Positions 37,072 through 47,657 of a stretch of DNA of 64,000 nt are shown in pieces. The stretch lies in the sequence record OM858838, one strand, 5' to 3'. This DNA comes from Shigella phage B2. A program made the position numbers and the translations under genes. A model generated the notes under the pieces. The model had not been told where the DNA came from. It was given only the letters and a program-made list of their open reading frames with translations, and did not search any database. Each line of letters begins with the position of its first letter. The first letter of the stretch is position 1.

Positions 37072-38241
37072 TTACATAGCAGCTACAGTTTTGAACAGAG
37101 CAATCCATTCAGGACGCAGAATCAGTGAACCGTAGTACCACTTGATTGAGGTCAGGCCCATTTCACCATACGGGTCAGCATAAGACACAGTCTCAATGCC
37201 TGGTTTCTTAGTATAAGTGGTGAACTTAACAGTCTTACCATCAGTCTGGAAACCGATAGTGGTGAAGGAACCAGAACCAACACACAGCATTGGGAATACA
37301 TCATACTTACCAGAGGTAGCATAGTAACCCGGATTGGTAGTAACGGTAGCACCAGCACCTGCCCATTTCAGCATCTTAGGAACGACGATGACACGGAAAG
37401 AAGCGATGGAACCAATCTCACCTTTTAACAGGTTACCAGCATCAGCATACTGCTGTACTGGAATGAATGCTGCATTATCAAACGGGTCTTTCATCTTACG
37501 AAGCTGAAGTTCCAATTCAGAACCAATGTACAGAGCACGAGCACCTTGAATGGTACGAGTGTCAGTCATCAGAGAACCAGCAATCAGCTTAGTCTGCATA
37601 GGACACAGGTTATCGTTCAGGGTAATACCCATCTTAACCAGACCTTCGTAGGTAACTACAGTAGCAGTACCTTCACCAGTCATATCAGCATTAGATGTAG
37701 CAGCACCTGGATAACGAACAACACCTGCACCATTCAGCAAATCAATTTGCAATTGGTCTTCAGTGATTTCGTTAGCACCTTTAACTGCTTCCTGAATCAG
37801 ATGGCTATCCAGTTCTTCATCAGTATCGAAATCCATTGCTTCCTGAGTCCACTCATAGAAGAAACCGAATTTCTTGATTGAACCAATCAGTTGGATACGG
37901 GTGAAACCAACACGGTTAACTCGACCACCATTCTCAGTCAGAGCAGGCAGTTTAGATGGGATAGTACCAATGTCTTTGCTAGAACCATACAGGTTACCGT
38001 TAGCAATGGTAGCACCAGCAGCATCAATACCTTGGTCGTTAACGTTACGGTCATCTAACAGCGGTACATAGTGATACAGCTTAATTTGTTTACCCATGTT
38101 CTTAGGCATGTTGGTAACTTCAGCCAACTGACCAAAGTACATTTCTTTAGCTGCATCAACCAGTGCTTTCTTGTAGTAGTAGTCCAGACGAATCTGAGGA
38201 CCAATACTAGAAGGGGTTGTATTCGGAGCATTATACTTCAT
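37072..38241 (-). CDS. putative major capsid protein
   Basis: 389 aa, between portal/scaffold-like genes and strong terminator; position matches N4-like gene order; no motif-level proof. Confidence 0.55.
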   Translation of the reverse strand: MKYNAPNTTPSSIGPQIRLDYYYKKALVDAAKEMYFGQLAEVTNMPKNMGKQIKLYHYVPLLDDRNVNDQGIDAAGATIANGNLYGSSKDIGTIPSKLPALTENGGRVNRVGFTRIQLIGSIKKFGFFYEWTQEAMDFDTDEELDSHLIQEAVKGANEITEDQLQIDLLNGAGVVRYPGAATSNADMTGEGTATVVTYEGLVKMGITLNDNLCPMQTKLIAGSLMTDTRTIQGARALYIGSELELQLRKMKDPFDNAAFIPVQQYADAGNLLKGEIGSIASFRVIVVPKMLKWAGAGATVTTNPGYYATSGKYDVFPMLCVGSGSFTTIGFQTDGKTVKFTTYTKKPGIETVSYADPYGEMGLTSIKWYYGSLILRPEWIALFKTVAAM

Positions 38242-38257
38242 AAGTTATCATCCTCGT

Positions 38258-39349
38258 TTAACGGAATTTTGATTTAAACGCTTTCTCAAACTCTTCATCA
38301 GACATAGCCAGAGGATTTAACTCTGGTTCTTTTGCCTGACCTGAAGGCTTGCTTGGACTTGCAGCTTTACGCTTTGCAGCCCTATCAGAATCTTCTTGCG
38401 TAGGAACACGAGGCTTAACTTCTACCGGCTGTTGTGGAGGTGCTTTACCAAAGGCTCCTTTAGCCGCTAACTGTTTACCTACTGCTTCATACGCCTGTAA
38501 ATCTGAAAGACCACTCAAATTCCCCAATGCTCTTTGCTTCATCATCTCAGATGCGATTGTGTCAAAGATTCCATTTGCCACATGCTCATTGATGAGTGGA
38601 ATAAGATTTGGTTCATTCGCAAGTGCACGTTTACTGTTATCATCCCATTCATCGAGAATGACGGTCATTGTCCGACCATATGTTGGAGTATGCTCAATGC
38701 TATCCAACACTGTATCTAGATTAACCTGTGCATCCGGGACAGAATAATTACCAGGTGTGTACTTAGGTTCTTCCTGTGTATTTACATCAAGTGGGTCAAT
38801 CCCACTGTCTTTAATAAGTTTGCTGATTGCTTCAGGGTTCTTCTTATCTAAGTCGATTAGATAAGTAAGTTTCTGTTCATCAAGCAATCCATTATTTTCT
38901 AACATCTTAAGAACTTTTAAAGATGGTTTCAAGGCTGCCATCTTTTTATTATAGTTCGCTCCTTGTTGCATAAGCTTAATAGCATCATCAACATTATCAA
39001 TTTGAATGTCTCTACCATTAGCTTTGAACGGACTAAATAATTTCTTAAGTTGTTCTTCAGCAGAACCAGTCTCTACTTCCTGAGTAGTTTCAGTTTCCTG
39101 ATTCTCAGTATTAGTTTCTTGGTTCTTATCTGTATTTTCTTCTGTAGTAGTTTCTTGTTCAGTAGTAGTGGTTTGTTCAACCTCTTCATTCTGCTGAGTA
39201 GTTTCTACTTCAGTTTCTTCTGTAGTCTGTTCCTGAGTAGTTTCCTGTTGCTCTTGTGAAGATGCCGACTCAAAGGTCGGCATCGGAGCTTTCAGGAAAT
39301 CAGCATCAGACATTGCAAGAATTGATTGTTCAACGCTGTTTCCAGACAT
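38258..39349 (-). CDS. scaffolding-like protein with acidic T/E/Q-rich low-complexity region
   Basis: N-terminal QEQTTEETEVETTQQNEEVEQTTTTEQETTTEE tract; located between portal and capsid genes. Confidence 0.5.
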   Translation of the reverse strand: MSGNSVEQSILAMSDADFLKAPMPTFESASSQEQQETTQEQTTEETEVETTQQNEEVEQTTTTEQETTTEENTDKNQETNTENQETETTQEVETGSAEEQLKKLFSPFKANGRDIQIDNVDDAIKLMQQGANYNKKMAALKPSLKVLKMLENNGLLDEQKLTYLIDLDKKNPEAISKLIKDSGIDPLDVNTQEEPKYTPGNYSVPDAQVNLDTVLDSIEHTPTYGRTMTVILDEWDDNSKRALANEPNLIPLINEHVANGIFDTIASEMMKQRALGNLSGLSDLQAYEAVGKQLAAKGAFGKAPPQQPVEVKPRVPTQEDSDRAAKRKAASPSKPSGQAKEPELNPLAMSDEEFEKAFKSKFR

Positions 39350-39355
39350 AAGCTA

Positions 39356-39694
39356 TTACTCCTGTGCTTCTTCTTGTAACAGTTCTACCTGAGTTTCTTC
39401 ATCCTCTGGCAGAGCCTTACGAGCCAATTCAGCCATATACTGAGTACGACCTAAGAAGCTACGGAAATAGGCAATAGCCAACATCTGATTACGAATCTCT
39501 TTCTGGGAAGCCTCATCTTGCATATCAGGATGAGCCATAAGATGAACCAATCGAGCAGGTTCTTTATCAAAGAATTCACTATCGATAATACGTTTCCAGT
39601 CACGAGACTTAGAAATACGAGTGATAGCATCACCTAACGCAATTGTTTCTTTCTTCTGTTCAATGCTGATACGAATTTGTTCTGACTGACTCAT
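39356..39694 (-). CDS. hypothetical protein
   Basis: ORF in late operon. Confidence 0.5.
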   Translation of the reverse strand: MSQSEQIRISIEQKKETIALGDAITRISKSRDWKRIIDSEFFDKEPARLVHLMAHPDMQDEASQKEIRNQMLAIAYFRSFLGRTQYMAELARKALPEDEETQVELLQEEAQE

Positions 39695-39715
39695 ACGTGT
39701 GTCCTCATAATGAGA

Positions 39716-41836
39716 TTATATTTCACTTAGTGGCTTACCAGATTTAAGGATGTAATCCACAATCTTGGTTTGAGTTTGGCTTTCAGCTTGTGCAGAAATC
39801 TTCTGAACATCTCTAGCCTGTTTAACACCGGACTCTTGTTCAACGTAATCCAAGTTTTTAAGGTCTGTATCACTTTGAACATTCTGAGCTTGTGTAGCTT
39901 TATACCCTGCTGAAGCTCTATTTTCAATTGCTTTAGATTGGGTTTCAGCAATTTGAGCCTCTAAAAGTGCAATTTCAAGCTCTGCTTTACGTTGTGCCAA
40001 TGGGTCAGGTTGTGGCTGATAGGATTCAATTCTCTTAGCTAAGTCAGGCATATTTCTAAGACGAGCAATATCACTTAATACCATCTGAGACATTTCAAAT
40101 GGTAAGCTATTACCCATAGTCTGAAGCATGAAAGCTAATTCCTGTGCTTTCTGGTTATCTGCCTCAGCAGTAGAAATACTTAACTTAAGGTCAAATTCCC
40201 CAGCTAATTCATCTCTTCTAACAGTAACGAATTGTTCATTGGTTACTCGTACCACTTCCTCTTCTGATAAGAACTCTGAGTTCATAGAAATAATCTTACG
40301 ACCAATCTCTACAACACCTTGAGCCAATCTACGAAGAATACCTAACTCACGTTTAGAAGCTGCATCCAATGCTCCTCTAATACCAGCAGCAACATCACCT
40401 AATGCTTGTGATGCAATACCTTGTGAGAAGGATTTAACACCTGTAAGAGACTCTGCTTCATTATTCTGATATTGAATCATCATAGGAGCAGATTGAGGAA
40501 TCTCAGGGGATACATGCATGTAGATACCTTGTCTTGGGTCTACGTTAGCATTGAACTCATAATCCTCACCTTTATCAAATTTACGTCTATTGGTTACATC
40601 CAACATATCCTTACGAATACCTGTCTGACCATTAGCACTACGAGCCAAGATATCAATCATTGCTCTAGTAGTAGCACCAATAATCTTTTGGTTATCCTCA
40701 AGTAATGCACCATCAGGTTCACCATAAATAGAACGTGGTACAGGTAAATATGGAACCACAACAAATGGAATCTTTTTATCTGGGAATGGATTCTCTTCAA
40801 GACGAATCATAGTATTACCAACAAAGGTAGCTACGATTGGTACAGTCTTACCATTACCATTAATATCCCACCAACCCCAATACTCATAAGCTACAAACTT
40901 CTTACGAGGTTCATCTTTAAAGTTGAAACCAGATTGGTCTTCTACTTGATGGTCAGGGGTATTCAGGGGATTAGACATACTGGCAGAAATCTTATCCAGA
41001 TTCTTATATCTACCATCTTTCTCTAAGTCAGATTTAGAGGTTTCAAAACTATAAATAACAAACTGAGCTTGAGAAATATCACCATTACATGTTGGGTCAA
41101 TAACTACGTTCTGTGAGTTAACTACTTCAACAGTAGGTTGATTCTTAATTACCTTCTCATACTCAACTTCTTCCGTACCAGTTTGTACAGCAACAAAAGC
41201 ACCACGATTCTCAAATGAGTAATCAACTGATGCGATGATATCATCTGGCAAACTATTGTAGGCATTAGGATTCTCTAACTTAAGTTGTAGAGCTTCTTGT
41301 AATGCAGCTACTTGGTCTTCATTAGCAGCAGGGTAATAAGCATATACAGGAACGGTTTCTTTAACCATTTGAGTATAGTTACACCAACCAACACGAACAA
41401 TTACAGTACCCTCATTTACAGCATTACGAACATAATCATCAATGAAACGTACCTTATCAATCTTAATATTGAATTGATAATTAAGTACTAACTGGTTCTG
41501 TATAGCTGCTTCACGGTCTTCCCATGTAACAGGGGATACAGCAAATAATTCATCTGTACTTAGAAATGGTTCAGTAAGAGCAGAGTATCTCCATTCAGCT
41601 TGCTTACGAATAAGCATAGGCTGTACAGAAGACCTCCCCGGAACTTTCTTAGGTTTAGCTGAACCTTCAACATTCAGGTTATTGAGCCAAGTAGTAATCT
41701 GACTCATCTGTGCAGAATGAGAACTATAGGCAGAATCATAGTCTGACTTCAAATCAGATACTGTTGGTTCATTATCCCAATCTGTCAGGTTTCCAGTCTC
41801 TTCTGGATTAACAATTGGTAACTCGTCTTTAGCCAT
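39716..41836 (-). CDS. putative portal protein
   Basis: 706 aa, first gene of capsid block; size and position as in N4-like phages. Confidence 0.55.
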   Translation of the reverse strand: MAKDELPIVNPEETGNLTDWDNEPTVSDLKSDYDSAYSSHSAQMSQITTWLNNLNVEGSAKPKKVPGRSSVQPMLIRKQAEWRYSALTEPFLSTDELFAVSPVTWEDREAAIQNQLVLNYQFNIKIDKVRFIDDYVRNAVNEGTVIVRVGWCNYTQMVKETVPVYAYYPAANEDQVAALQEALQLKLENPNAYNSLPDDIIASVDYSFENRGAFVAVQTGTEEVEYEKVIKNQPTVEVVNSQNVVIDPTCNGDISQAQFVIYSFETSKSDLEKDGRYKNLDKISASMSNPLNTPDHQVEDQSGFNFKDEPRKKFVAYEYWGWWDINGNGKTVPIVATFVGNTMIRLEENPFPDKKIPFVVVPYLPVPRSIYGEPDGALLEDNQKIIGATTRAMIDILARSANGQTGIRKDMLDVTNRRKFDKGEDYEFNANVDPRQGIYMHVSPEIPQSAPMMIQYQNNEAESLTGVKSFSQGIASQALGDVAAGIRGALDAASKRELGILRRLAQGVVEIGRKIISMNSEFLSEEEVVRVTNEQFVTVRRDELAGEFDLKLSISTAEADNQKAQELAFMLQTMGNSLPFEMSQMVLSDIARLRNMPDLAKRIESYQPQPDPLAQRKAELEIALLEAQIAETQSKAIENRASAGYKATQAQNVQSDTDLKNLDYVEQESGVKQARDVQKISAQAESQTQTKIVDYILKSGKPLSEI

Positions 41837-41996
41837 TGCGGTTATCCCTCATTTACTTTGCAAGCAGTATATATGTTTTGGTCTAATTCTGTACTTAGTT
41901 TGCTTCCTCCCTTAAGAATTATCTAATCTTTTTAGATGTATCAGGGTATTCTGAGCACACTTCTTAGGAAGTAATTCTAATATTGGAGGCTTTCAA

Positions 41997-42371
41997 ATGC
42001 ATGAACCAGTTTCTGGAACTGCTATTACGTCAGGATTGGGTGCAACTACCTTACTATCTTATTGGGCTGGGATTCCATCAGGAGTCATTATTGGTTCCTT
42101 TGCTGGTGCAGTTGTCTATGTTCTGACTAATTCAGATGTTCCCTTATTCAAAAGATTATCTTTTTTCTTTATATCTTTTGTAGTGGGAATCATTGGGGCT
42201 GGGTATACAGCTAAAGTTATAGAAGGATTCACTCGTCTATGGACCCAATCTGAAATCAACGTGGACCATTCTGTAGGAGCTTTGATAGCAGCAGCACTAG
42301 CTATTAAAGTTTTAATCAGTTTGATTGCTAAGGCTAAAGTTCCCGACTTACCAACGGGAGGAAAATCATAA
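41997..42371 (+). CDS. holin-like membrane protein
   Basis: three hydrophobic helices, charged C-terminus, directly upstream of endolysin. Confidence 0.5.
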   Translation: MHEPVSGTAITSGLGATTLLSYWAGIPSGVIIGSFAGAVVYVLTNSDVPLFKRLSFFFISFVVGIIGAGYTAKVIEGFTRLWTQSEINVDHSVGALIAAALAIKVLISLIAKAKVPDLPTGGKS

Positions 42372-42661
42372 TGACTATCGTTGAGTATCTGAAATCATTC
42401 TCTCCAATGGAGCTAGGTAATGCATTCATTTGCATGGGTATAGCCCTACGTTTGATGATATTTAGACAAGGTACTGCAAGACATAAGTTTTGGTATTCAG
42501 TCTTTGCCTATGTACTCATCGTATCTTCAGCAGCAATAGCAATACGTATCCTAATGAAGCACTATATCCAAGTAGACTTATGGGAACTTGTTCTCAATAG
42601 TTCAGTACTCTTGGGTGTAGTATTAGCTAAAGGTAACGTAGGAAGACTATTGAGGAACTAA
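42371..42661 (+). CDS. membrane protein (second holin/antiholin candidate)
   Basis: 96 aa with hydrophobic helices; ATGA coupling. Confidence 0.45.
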   Translation: MTIVEYLKSFSPMELGNAFICMGIALRLMIFRQGTARHKFWYSVFAYVLIVSSAAIAIRILMKHYIQVDLWELVLNSSVLLGVVLAKGNVGRLLRN

Positions 42662-42665
42662 CTTC

Positions 42666-43166
42666 ATGAAACGTACTATCTCTAATAATGGTTTAAAATT
42701 TACTGCTGCTTGGGAACAACTGAAAACCAAAGCATATAGAGCTACTAGTCAGGAAGAGTATCTCACTATTGGATATGGGCATTATGGTCCTGATGTAAAA
42801 CCAGGAGATACAATTACTCCAGATGGTGCTTTAAATCTTTTAAACAGTGATATGGCTAAAGCTACACGTAAAGCTAATGAACTGGTCCATCCTAACTTTA
42901 ACCAAGCTCAATTCGATGCAATCGTTGACCTATGTTTTAACGTGGGTACAGGTGTTATTGAAAAAGATAATGTCTTAGGTGACTTTGATGATGCTGTCAG
43001 ATTAGGTAACGTCAAAGAAGCTAGACGTATTATGTCTCAATTTATCTATCAGAATAAGAAACCATTACTTGGATTAAAAAGACGTACTGAAGGACGTCTT
43101 GCACTCTTTGATGGTAAGACTTGGTCTGAAGCAGAAAGAATTGGGAGAGAGGTGAAGTCGTTATGA
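42666..43166 (+). CDS. endolysin, GH24 lysozyme-like muramidase
   Basis: AWEQLKTKAYRATSQEEYLTIGYGHYG matches the E…D…T catalytic region of phage lysozymes. Confidence 0.85.
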   Translation: MKRTISNNGLKFTAAWEQLKTKAYRATSQEEYLTIGYGHYGPDVKPGDTITPDGALNLLNSDMAKATRKANELVHPNFNQAQFDAIVDLCFNVGTGVIEKDNVLGDFDDAVRLGNVKEARRIMSQFIYQNKKPLLGLKRRTEGRLALFDGKTWSEAERIGREVKSL

Positions 43167-43708
43167 CAGATAGAACCAAGTTAATATTACTTGGTTTAGT
43201 TGCTGTAGCTCTCATTTCGGTGGGAGCTTTTTTTGCTTGGTACATTACCAGCAATAAATATGAAAAGGACTTAGCAACTTTAACCAGTGAATATAATACT
43301 CAACTCAAAAAGATATCTGACAAAGCTTCAGCAGATATGGCTGATGAAATCAAAAGACATAATGCTACTCAAGCTCAGTTAGATGCTCTTGATGCTAAAC
43401 ATACTAAAGAGAATCTTGAACATGAAAAAGCTAATGCTCAGCTTAAACTTGATATTGCTACTGGCAATCGTAAGCTGCAATTCGCCAACGCAGGTCTTGC
43501 AACCTGTAAGCTCTCCAAAGATACAGGAGACAAAGCCAGCAGCTTGGGCAATGGAACCGAAGTCGAACTCTCTCCAACTGTTCAACAAGACCTTCTCGAT
43601 ATCAGAAATGGAATCCAATCAGACCAAGATAAATTAGACTATCTTCAGAATTACATAAGAGTAAGAGGATGGGATGATGGCAGTACTATCCAGCAAACAG
43701 AGAAATAA
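43163..43708 (+). CDS. Rz-like i-spanin
   Basis: N-terminal TM helix LILLGLVAVALISVGAFFAWYI then coiled-coil periplasmic domain; follows endolysin. Confidence 0.7.
   Translation: MTDRTKLILLGLVAVALISVGAFFAWYITSNKYEKDLATLTSEYNTQLKKISDKASADMADEIKRHNATQAQLDALDAKHTKENLEHEKANAQLKLDIATGNRKLQFANAGLATCKLSKDTGDKASSLGNGTEVELSPTVQQDLLDIRNGIQSDQDKLDYLQNYIRVRGWDDGSTIQQTEK
43422..43637 (+). CDS. Rz1-like o-spanin embedded in Rz in the +1 frame
   Basis: signal peptide with lipobox IVSC, Pro-rich mature part; entirely nested in Rz. Confidence 0.6.
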   Translation: MKKLMLSLNLILLLAIVSCNSPTQVLQPVSSPKIQETKPAAWAMEPKSNSLQLFNKTFSISEMESNQTKIN

Positions 43709-43877
43709 ACTTCCTGATTCTGCATTTGCAGGACCAGATAGAAGTTATCCAGTACATGATAAAGCTCATGCTGCTAACGCTAAAGCCAGAGCAACTCAAC
43801 AATATGAAGCAGGTAATCTAAGTAAATCAGCCAGAGATAAGATTCGTGCCAAAGCCAATAAAGTGTTGTATGGCTAA
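43674..43877 (+). CDS. small basic hypothetical protein
   Basis: GAGG SD, ORF overlapping Rz 3' end. Confidence 0.4.
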   Translation: MMAVLSSKQRNKLPDSAFAGPDRSYPVHDKAHAANAKARATQQYEAGNLSKSARDKIRAKANKVLYG

Positions 43878-43918
43878 TTAGTTATGTATACTCATACTGC
43901 CAACTTATAGGAGGTCTT

Positions 43919-44218
43919 ATGGCATACTCAGATGTTGATGCAATTCTTGCTGATGGTAAACAAGCTGTAGCTGTTAAACATGGTGGTGGTTTAGTTGTTG
44001 TAGGTGAACTTGGTGCTCAAGTACTTGCAGCTAAAGACGTAAGTGAATTACCAGATGGTGTAGGTGGTACTGCTCCAGGTGCTGCTACTACTACTACTGC
44101 TGGTGTAGTTAAACAATCAACTACTCAAGCAGCTTCAGTAGCTACTGATGTAGCAGGTGTAGTTACTGATTTGAATGCTTTAATTACTAAGCTAAAAGCT
44201 GCTGGTATTATGGCTTAA
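43919..44218 (+). CDS. small Gly/Ala/Thr/Val-rich protein sharing N-terminal module with next gene
   Basis: GGAGG SD; N-terminus MAYSDVDAILADGK…GGG…LAAKDVSELP; biased codon usage. Confidence 0.55.
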   Translation: MAYSDVDAILADGKQAVAVKHGGGLVVVGELGAQVLAAKDVSELPDGVGGTAPGAATTTTAGVVKQSTTQAASVATDVAGVVTDLNALITKLKAAGIMA

Positions 44219-44238
44219 TTCTTACGAAAGAATATACA

Positions 44239-44262
44239 AAGCTCCTTCGGGAGCTTTTTTTG
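44239..44262 (+). terminator. intrinsic terminator with cTTCGg tetraloop
   Basis: 8-bp stem aaagctcc/ggagcttt, TTCG loop, T-run. Confidence 0.6.
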
Positions 44263-44295
44263 TATACTGTCATTGCCTACTTATAAGGAGGGCAT

Positions 44296-44931
44296 ATGGC
44301 TTATTCAGATTTGGATGATGTATTTGAAGATGGTAAAGATATCATTCCAAAACAAGGTGGAGGAATTGCTGTAATTAGTCCTTTTGGAGAAGAAATACTT
44401 TCTGCTAAAGATGCTACAGAACTTCCATTTGTTGTTACTCCTCCAGAGACACCTGAAGATATCTTCTTATTAGATATCTTTAACTGGACTGGTAATTTAT
44501 CTATTCCTACAAGTGCTACTACATTCACTAACTTCTTTGCATTATCAGGTATAACCAAGAATCCTATTGGTACTGCTGGGTTGACTATTACTTCTGGTAA
44601 TCTCCTATTCCCATTGAGAACCAAACATAGTCAAGTAATCTTCTCCATTCGTGTTTCTGGAAGTGTTGCTGGTGCAGCAGGTACTGATAGAGAATGGAAG
44701 ATTCAAACCAGAAGACCTAATGGAGATATTGTTGGTTCTGATTTTGCTGTTAAAACTGTAGCTGATACAGATATCAGTAACCGTGATACTACTTTATCAA
44801 GTTATGCACTAGCCAATACTGACCCATTCTTTACTCAGGGTATTCAGTTAGGTCTATTTAATAACTCGGGTCAAACTATCACTCTTACTTCAGTATCTGT
44901 TCGAATACTACAAACAATTAATCCAAGCTAA
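44296..44931 (+). CDS. protein with same N-terminal module (MAYSDLDDVFEDGK…) and divergent C-terminal domain
   Basis: GGAGG SD; paralogous first ~45 residues to 43919-44218 product. Confidence 0.55.
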   Translation: MAYSDLDDVFEDGKDIIPKQGGGIAVISPFGEEILSAKDATELPFVVTPPETPEDIFLLDIFNWTGNLSIPTSATTFTNFFALSGITKNPIGTAGLTITSGNLLFPLRTKHSQVIFSIRVSGSVAGAAGTDREWKIQTRRPNGDIVGSDFAVKTVADTDISNRDTTLSSYALANTDPFFTQGIQLGLFNNSGQTITLTSVSVRILQTINPS

Positions 44932-44971
44932 ATATAAGGCCCTACGGGGCCTTTTCTTATTGAGGTAATAC

Positions 44972-45292
44972 ATGAGAGTCAAAACATATCTAAGACGCCA
45001 GAGAGAAGGCTCTATACCTGTTAAATCAAGTAATGATGATATAGGTATACAAGAGTATCCTGACGTACTCTTAACCATGTACATCAACACACTTGAAAAT
45101 GGAGATTCTCCGAGAGCCTTACGTGAAGGTATTAAGGAAATTATGAAACGAGTTCAATCTCCTAGAGTTAAGTCCATCCTCCAAGATATCAAACGAGCTA
45201 CATCACCAGTAGGCAGATTACATTTTTACTATGGTGCTTTGGAACGTGACTTAGAAGAGATTAGAGACATATCAAAAGAAAGCCCCCAATAA
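44972..45292 (+). CDS. hypothetical protein
   Basis: ORF ending in bidirectional terminator. Confidence 0.5.
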   Translation: MRVKTYLRRQREGSIPVKSSNDDIGIQEYPDVLLTMYINTLENGDSPRALREGIKEIMKRVQSPRVKSILQDIKRATSPVGRLHFYYGALERDLEEIRDISKESPQ

Positions 45293-45299
45293 GGGGGCT
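45281..45299. terminator. bidirectional hairpin between convergent genes
   Basis: stem agccccc/gggggct with AATAA loop. Confidence 0.5.
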
Positions 45300-45305
45300 A
45301 TTTAC

Positions 45306-47639
45306 TTAGATGGATGCTTCAGAGTTACCAAACATATCCCAAGCTTCTAACTCAATATTCCAGTATGAAGTTGGAGGAGTAGAAGGCCACGTTATATTAA
45401 TATCTAAAACAAGTCCGCCATTCCCTGCACCTACACCAATAGTGACATAAGAAGCCATATCAATATCTCGTATGGTTTCTAATGGCATATTAGGGCCATT
45501 AGCTCCAGCAACTTTAAGGTCTTTCATACTATAGTGGGCCGCAGTTGCTGTAATAGCTGTTGGTTGGTTACCTGTTGCATATGTAGTCTTAAGGATTTTA
45601 CCAGTGAATACATACCCACCACCAGTAGTCTTGATTAATAAGACCTCTAAATAATCCCCACTACTGTTACTAATTTTAAGTACGGAATGCCCACAGTTAT
45701 AGAAATTAGTACCTAAATCTCCAGAAATAGATGGAGTAGTAGGAAGCATACTTTGTGGCATTGGTACTTGAAAATTAACTAATGCAGTAGCCGTAGGCAA
45801 AGTTGCTTGGTTATATGCCTGCGGAATTTTTTTAGAATAAACAGCACGATGACCTTTATCAAATCTAGCCCAATTACGTGCTTGAACAGACATACCTACA
45901 GGCACAGGTTGTACAGTCAAAGAGTTAAGATAAAAATCTCCTCCAGTACCCTGTAAATTGGTAAAAAATGTAAGAGTTTTCCAACCACGACCCAGAATTC
46001 TACCAACAAATTTCCTATCTGCTGAGTATGTAGTACTCAGGTCAACAATGGCATTATTCGCTGCTTGAGGTGAGTTAGAAAAATTAATGGACTGGTTATT
46101 AGCGAAATCATAATAATCTTGTGCGCCATTATTCCACCAACTAGGAGCATCAACAAGAACGTTTATTGGACCAGCACCACTACCATGTACAAAAATATGT
46201 GCTGCTTCTGCATCTAAATAAAAACTGAATGTTGCAATAGATGCTACATTAGCAAGCATACCCCCCACAACTTTAGTACGGGTATACGCACCATCAGAAC
46301 GACCTAAGTTAATATTACCCGTAGCATCGCAATAGCCAATGCTATCATCTAAACGACCACACCAAGTATTAATCTCATTAGTGAGTGGACGGTAGGTTGG
46401 TAACAAACCACCAGCCATAAACATAGATGCTAGCATCTGACCATGAATCGCATAACCCATGGAGTTAAAGTGACCACCATCAGATTGCACTGCACCATTA
46501 TGACGATAGTACTGAACTTCATCAGCATTGAAATGAGCACAACCATATGTGTCAGCCATCATACGCATACGTTTTGCCCACAGGTTAGCAACAACACCGC
46601 CAGAACCCTGACCACCAGTAGAGCAAGTCTGGACAACTACACCCATACCCCAATCAATGAAGCGACGGATGAGTTTTTCCATATACTCCATGTAAATATC
46701 TTCAGTAGTTCCAGCAACACCACCAGCATCGTTCAAACCTAACATTAAAATAACAACATCACAGTTAGGATTGGATTGCCATGATGGTTCATTGTATGAC
46801 TGAATTGCTGTATGTCCTGAAATAGCACGATATACACCAGTAACACTACAACCTGACTGTTCTGGTAAGTAAGCCATAAAACGTTGAGGATAAGTCATAC
46901 TAGCATGAGTAGCCCAATCCCCGTTGTTAGCAGGAACACGGTCAGTAGAAGTAGTATCGTAACCAGCAGTCATTGAGTCACCCTGGAACAATACTTTGAT
47001 TGAACCACGACTATGAACTTGCTTATCTACCCAAGCTAATTTCTGGATATTACGTGCACGGTAATTTGCTGAATCATTAGCAATAATCCACTGTTGTACA
47101 GTTTTACCATCAGACGTACCAATCTGGGATGCACCACCAGTAGTAGCTAATTCATCTCGTAACTCTTCACCAGTAACTTCAATCCATGCTGATGCACTAA
47201 TACCTCCACTTGAAGCAGGAGTTGAACCAGCAGGAACTACTTTAGGTACTGCCCCCGCCCAACGATATTGAGCGCCATTAGAATGGGTAAGAATTTCATT
47301 CTTAACCTGAATGGTTGCACCAGAAGTAAAGTCACCAGGAATAGTCACATACTCTTTACGCAAAACAGCTACTGCTCCAAGGTCTACAGAACCTTGTGAA
47401 TGTACAAGTACAGCAGCAGTACTAAGACTGATGGCAGTAGTACCAGCAGGAATACCAATAGGTAAGGAGTAAGCTCTTTGCGTGGTCTTGTCATAAATTA
47501 CTTTATATCCAGAGATATCAACACCAACAGAGAAATAAACAACCTCAGACTGTTTAACTCCGAAGTGTCTAGCTACTGCTTGTTTATTGGTTAGGATTCC
47601 AGCAGAACCTTTACCACCTTGACTAAATAACTGATTCAT
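45306..47639 (-). CDS. tail fibre/spike-like protein with SGNH (GDSL) hydrolase domain
   Basis: SGNH block ILMLGLNDAGG and upstream GDSMTAGY; 777 aa late gene. Confidence 0.6.
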   Translation of the reverse strand: MNQLFSQGGKGSAGILTNKQAVARHFGVKQSEVVYFSVGVDISGYKVIYDKTTQRAYSLPIGIPAGTTAISLSTAAVLVHSQGSVDLGAVAVLRKEYVTIPGDFTSGATIQVKNEILTHSNGAQYRWAGAVPKVVPAGSTPASSGGISASAWIEVTGEELRDELATTGGASQIGTSDGKTVQQWIIANDSANYRARNIQKLAWVDKQVHSRGSIKVLFQGDSMTAGYDTTSTDRVPANNGDWATHASMTYPQRFMAYLPEQSGCSVTGVYRAISGHTAIQSYNEPSWQSNPNCDVVILMLGLNDAGGVAGTTEDIYMEYMEKLIRRFIDWGMGVVVQTCSTGGQGSGGVVANLWAKRMRMMADTYGCAHFNADEVQYYRHNGAVQSDGGHFNSMGYAIHGQMLASMFMAGGLLPTYRPLTNEINTWCGRLDDSIGYCDATGNINLGRSDGAYTRTKVVGGMLANVASIATFSFYLDAEAAHIFVHGSGAGPINVLVDAPSWWNNGAQDYYDFANNQSINFSNSPQAANNAIVDLSTTYSADRKFVGRILGRGWKTLTFFTNLQGTGGDFYLNSLTVQPVPVGMSVQARNWARFDKGHRAVYSKKIPQAYNQATLPTATALVNFQVPMPQSMLPTTPSISGDLGTNFYNCGHSVLKISNSSGDYLEVLLIKTTGGGYVFTGKILKTTYATGNQPTAITATAAHYSMKDLKVAGANGPNMPLETIRDIDMASYVTIGVGAGNGGLVLDINITWPSTPPTSYWNIELEAWDMFGNSEASI

Positions 47640-47657
47640 AAATACCTCTATTTTTTC

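Noticed and set aside
39050-39259. + strand 69-aa ORF rich in F/S/L
   Set aside because: Antisense to the acidic T/E-rich low-complexity segment of the scaffold-like gene; compositional artefact.
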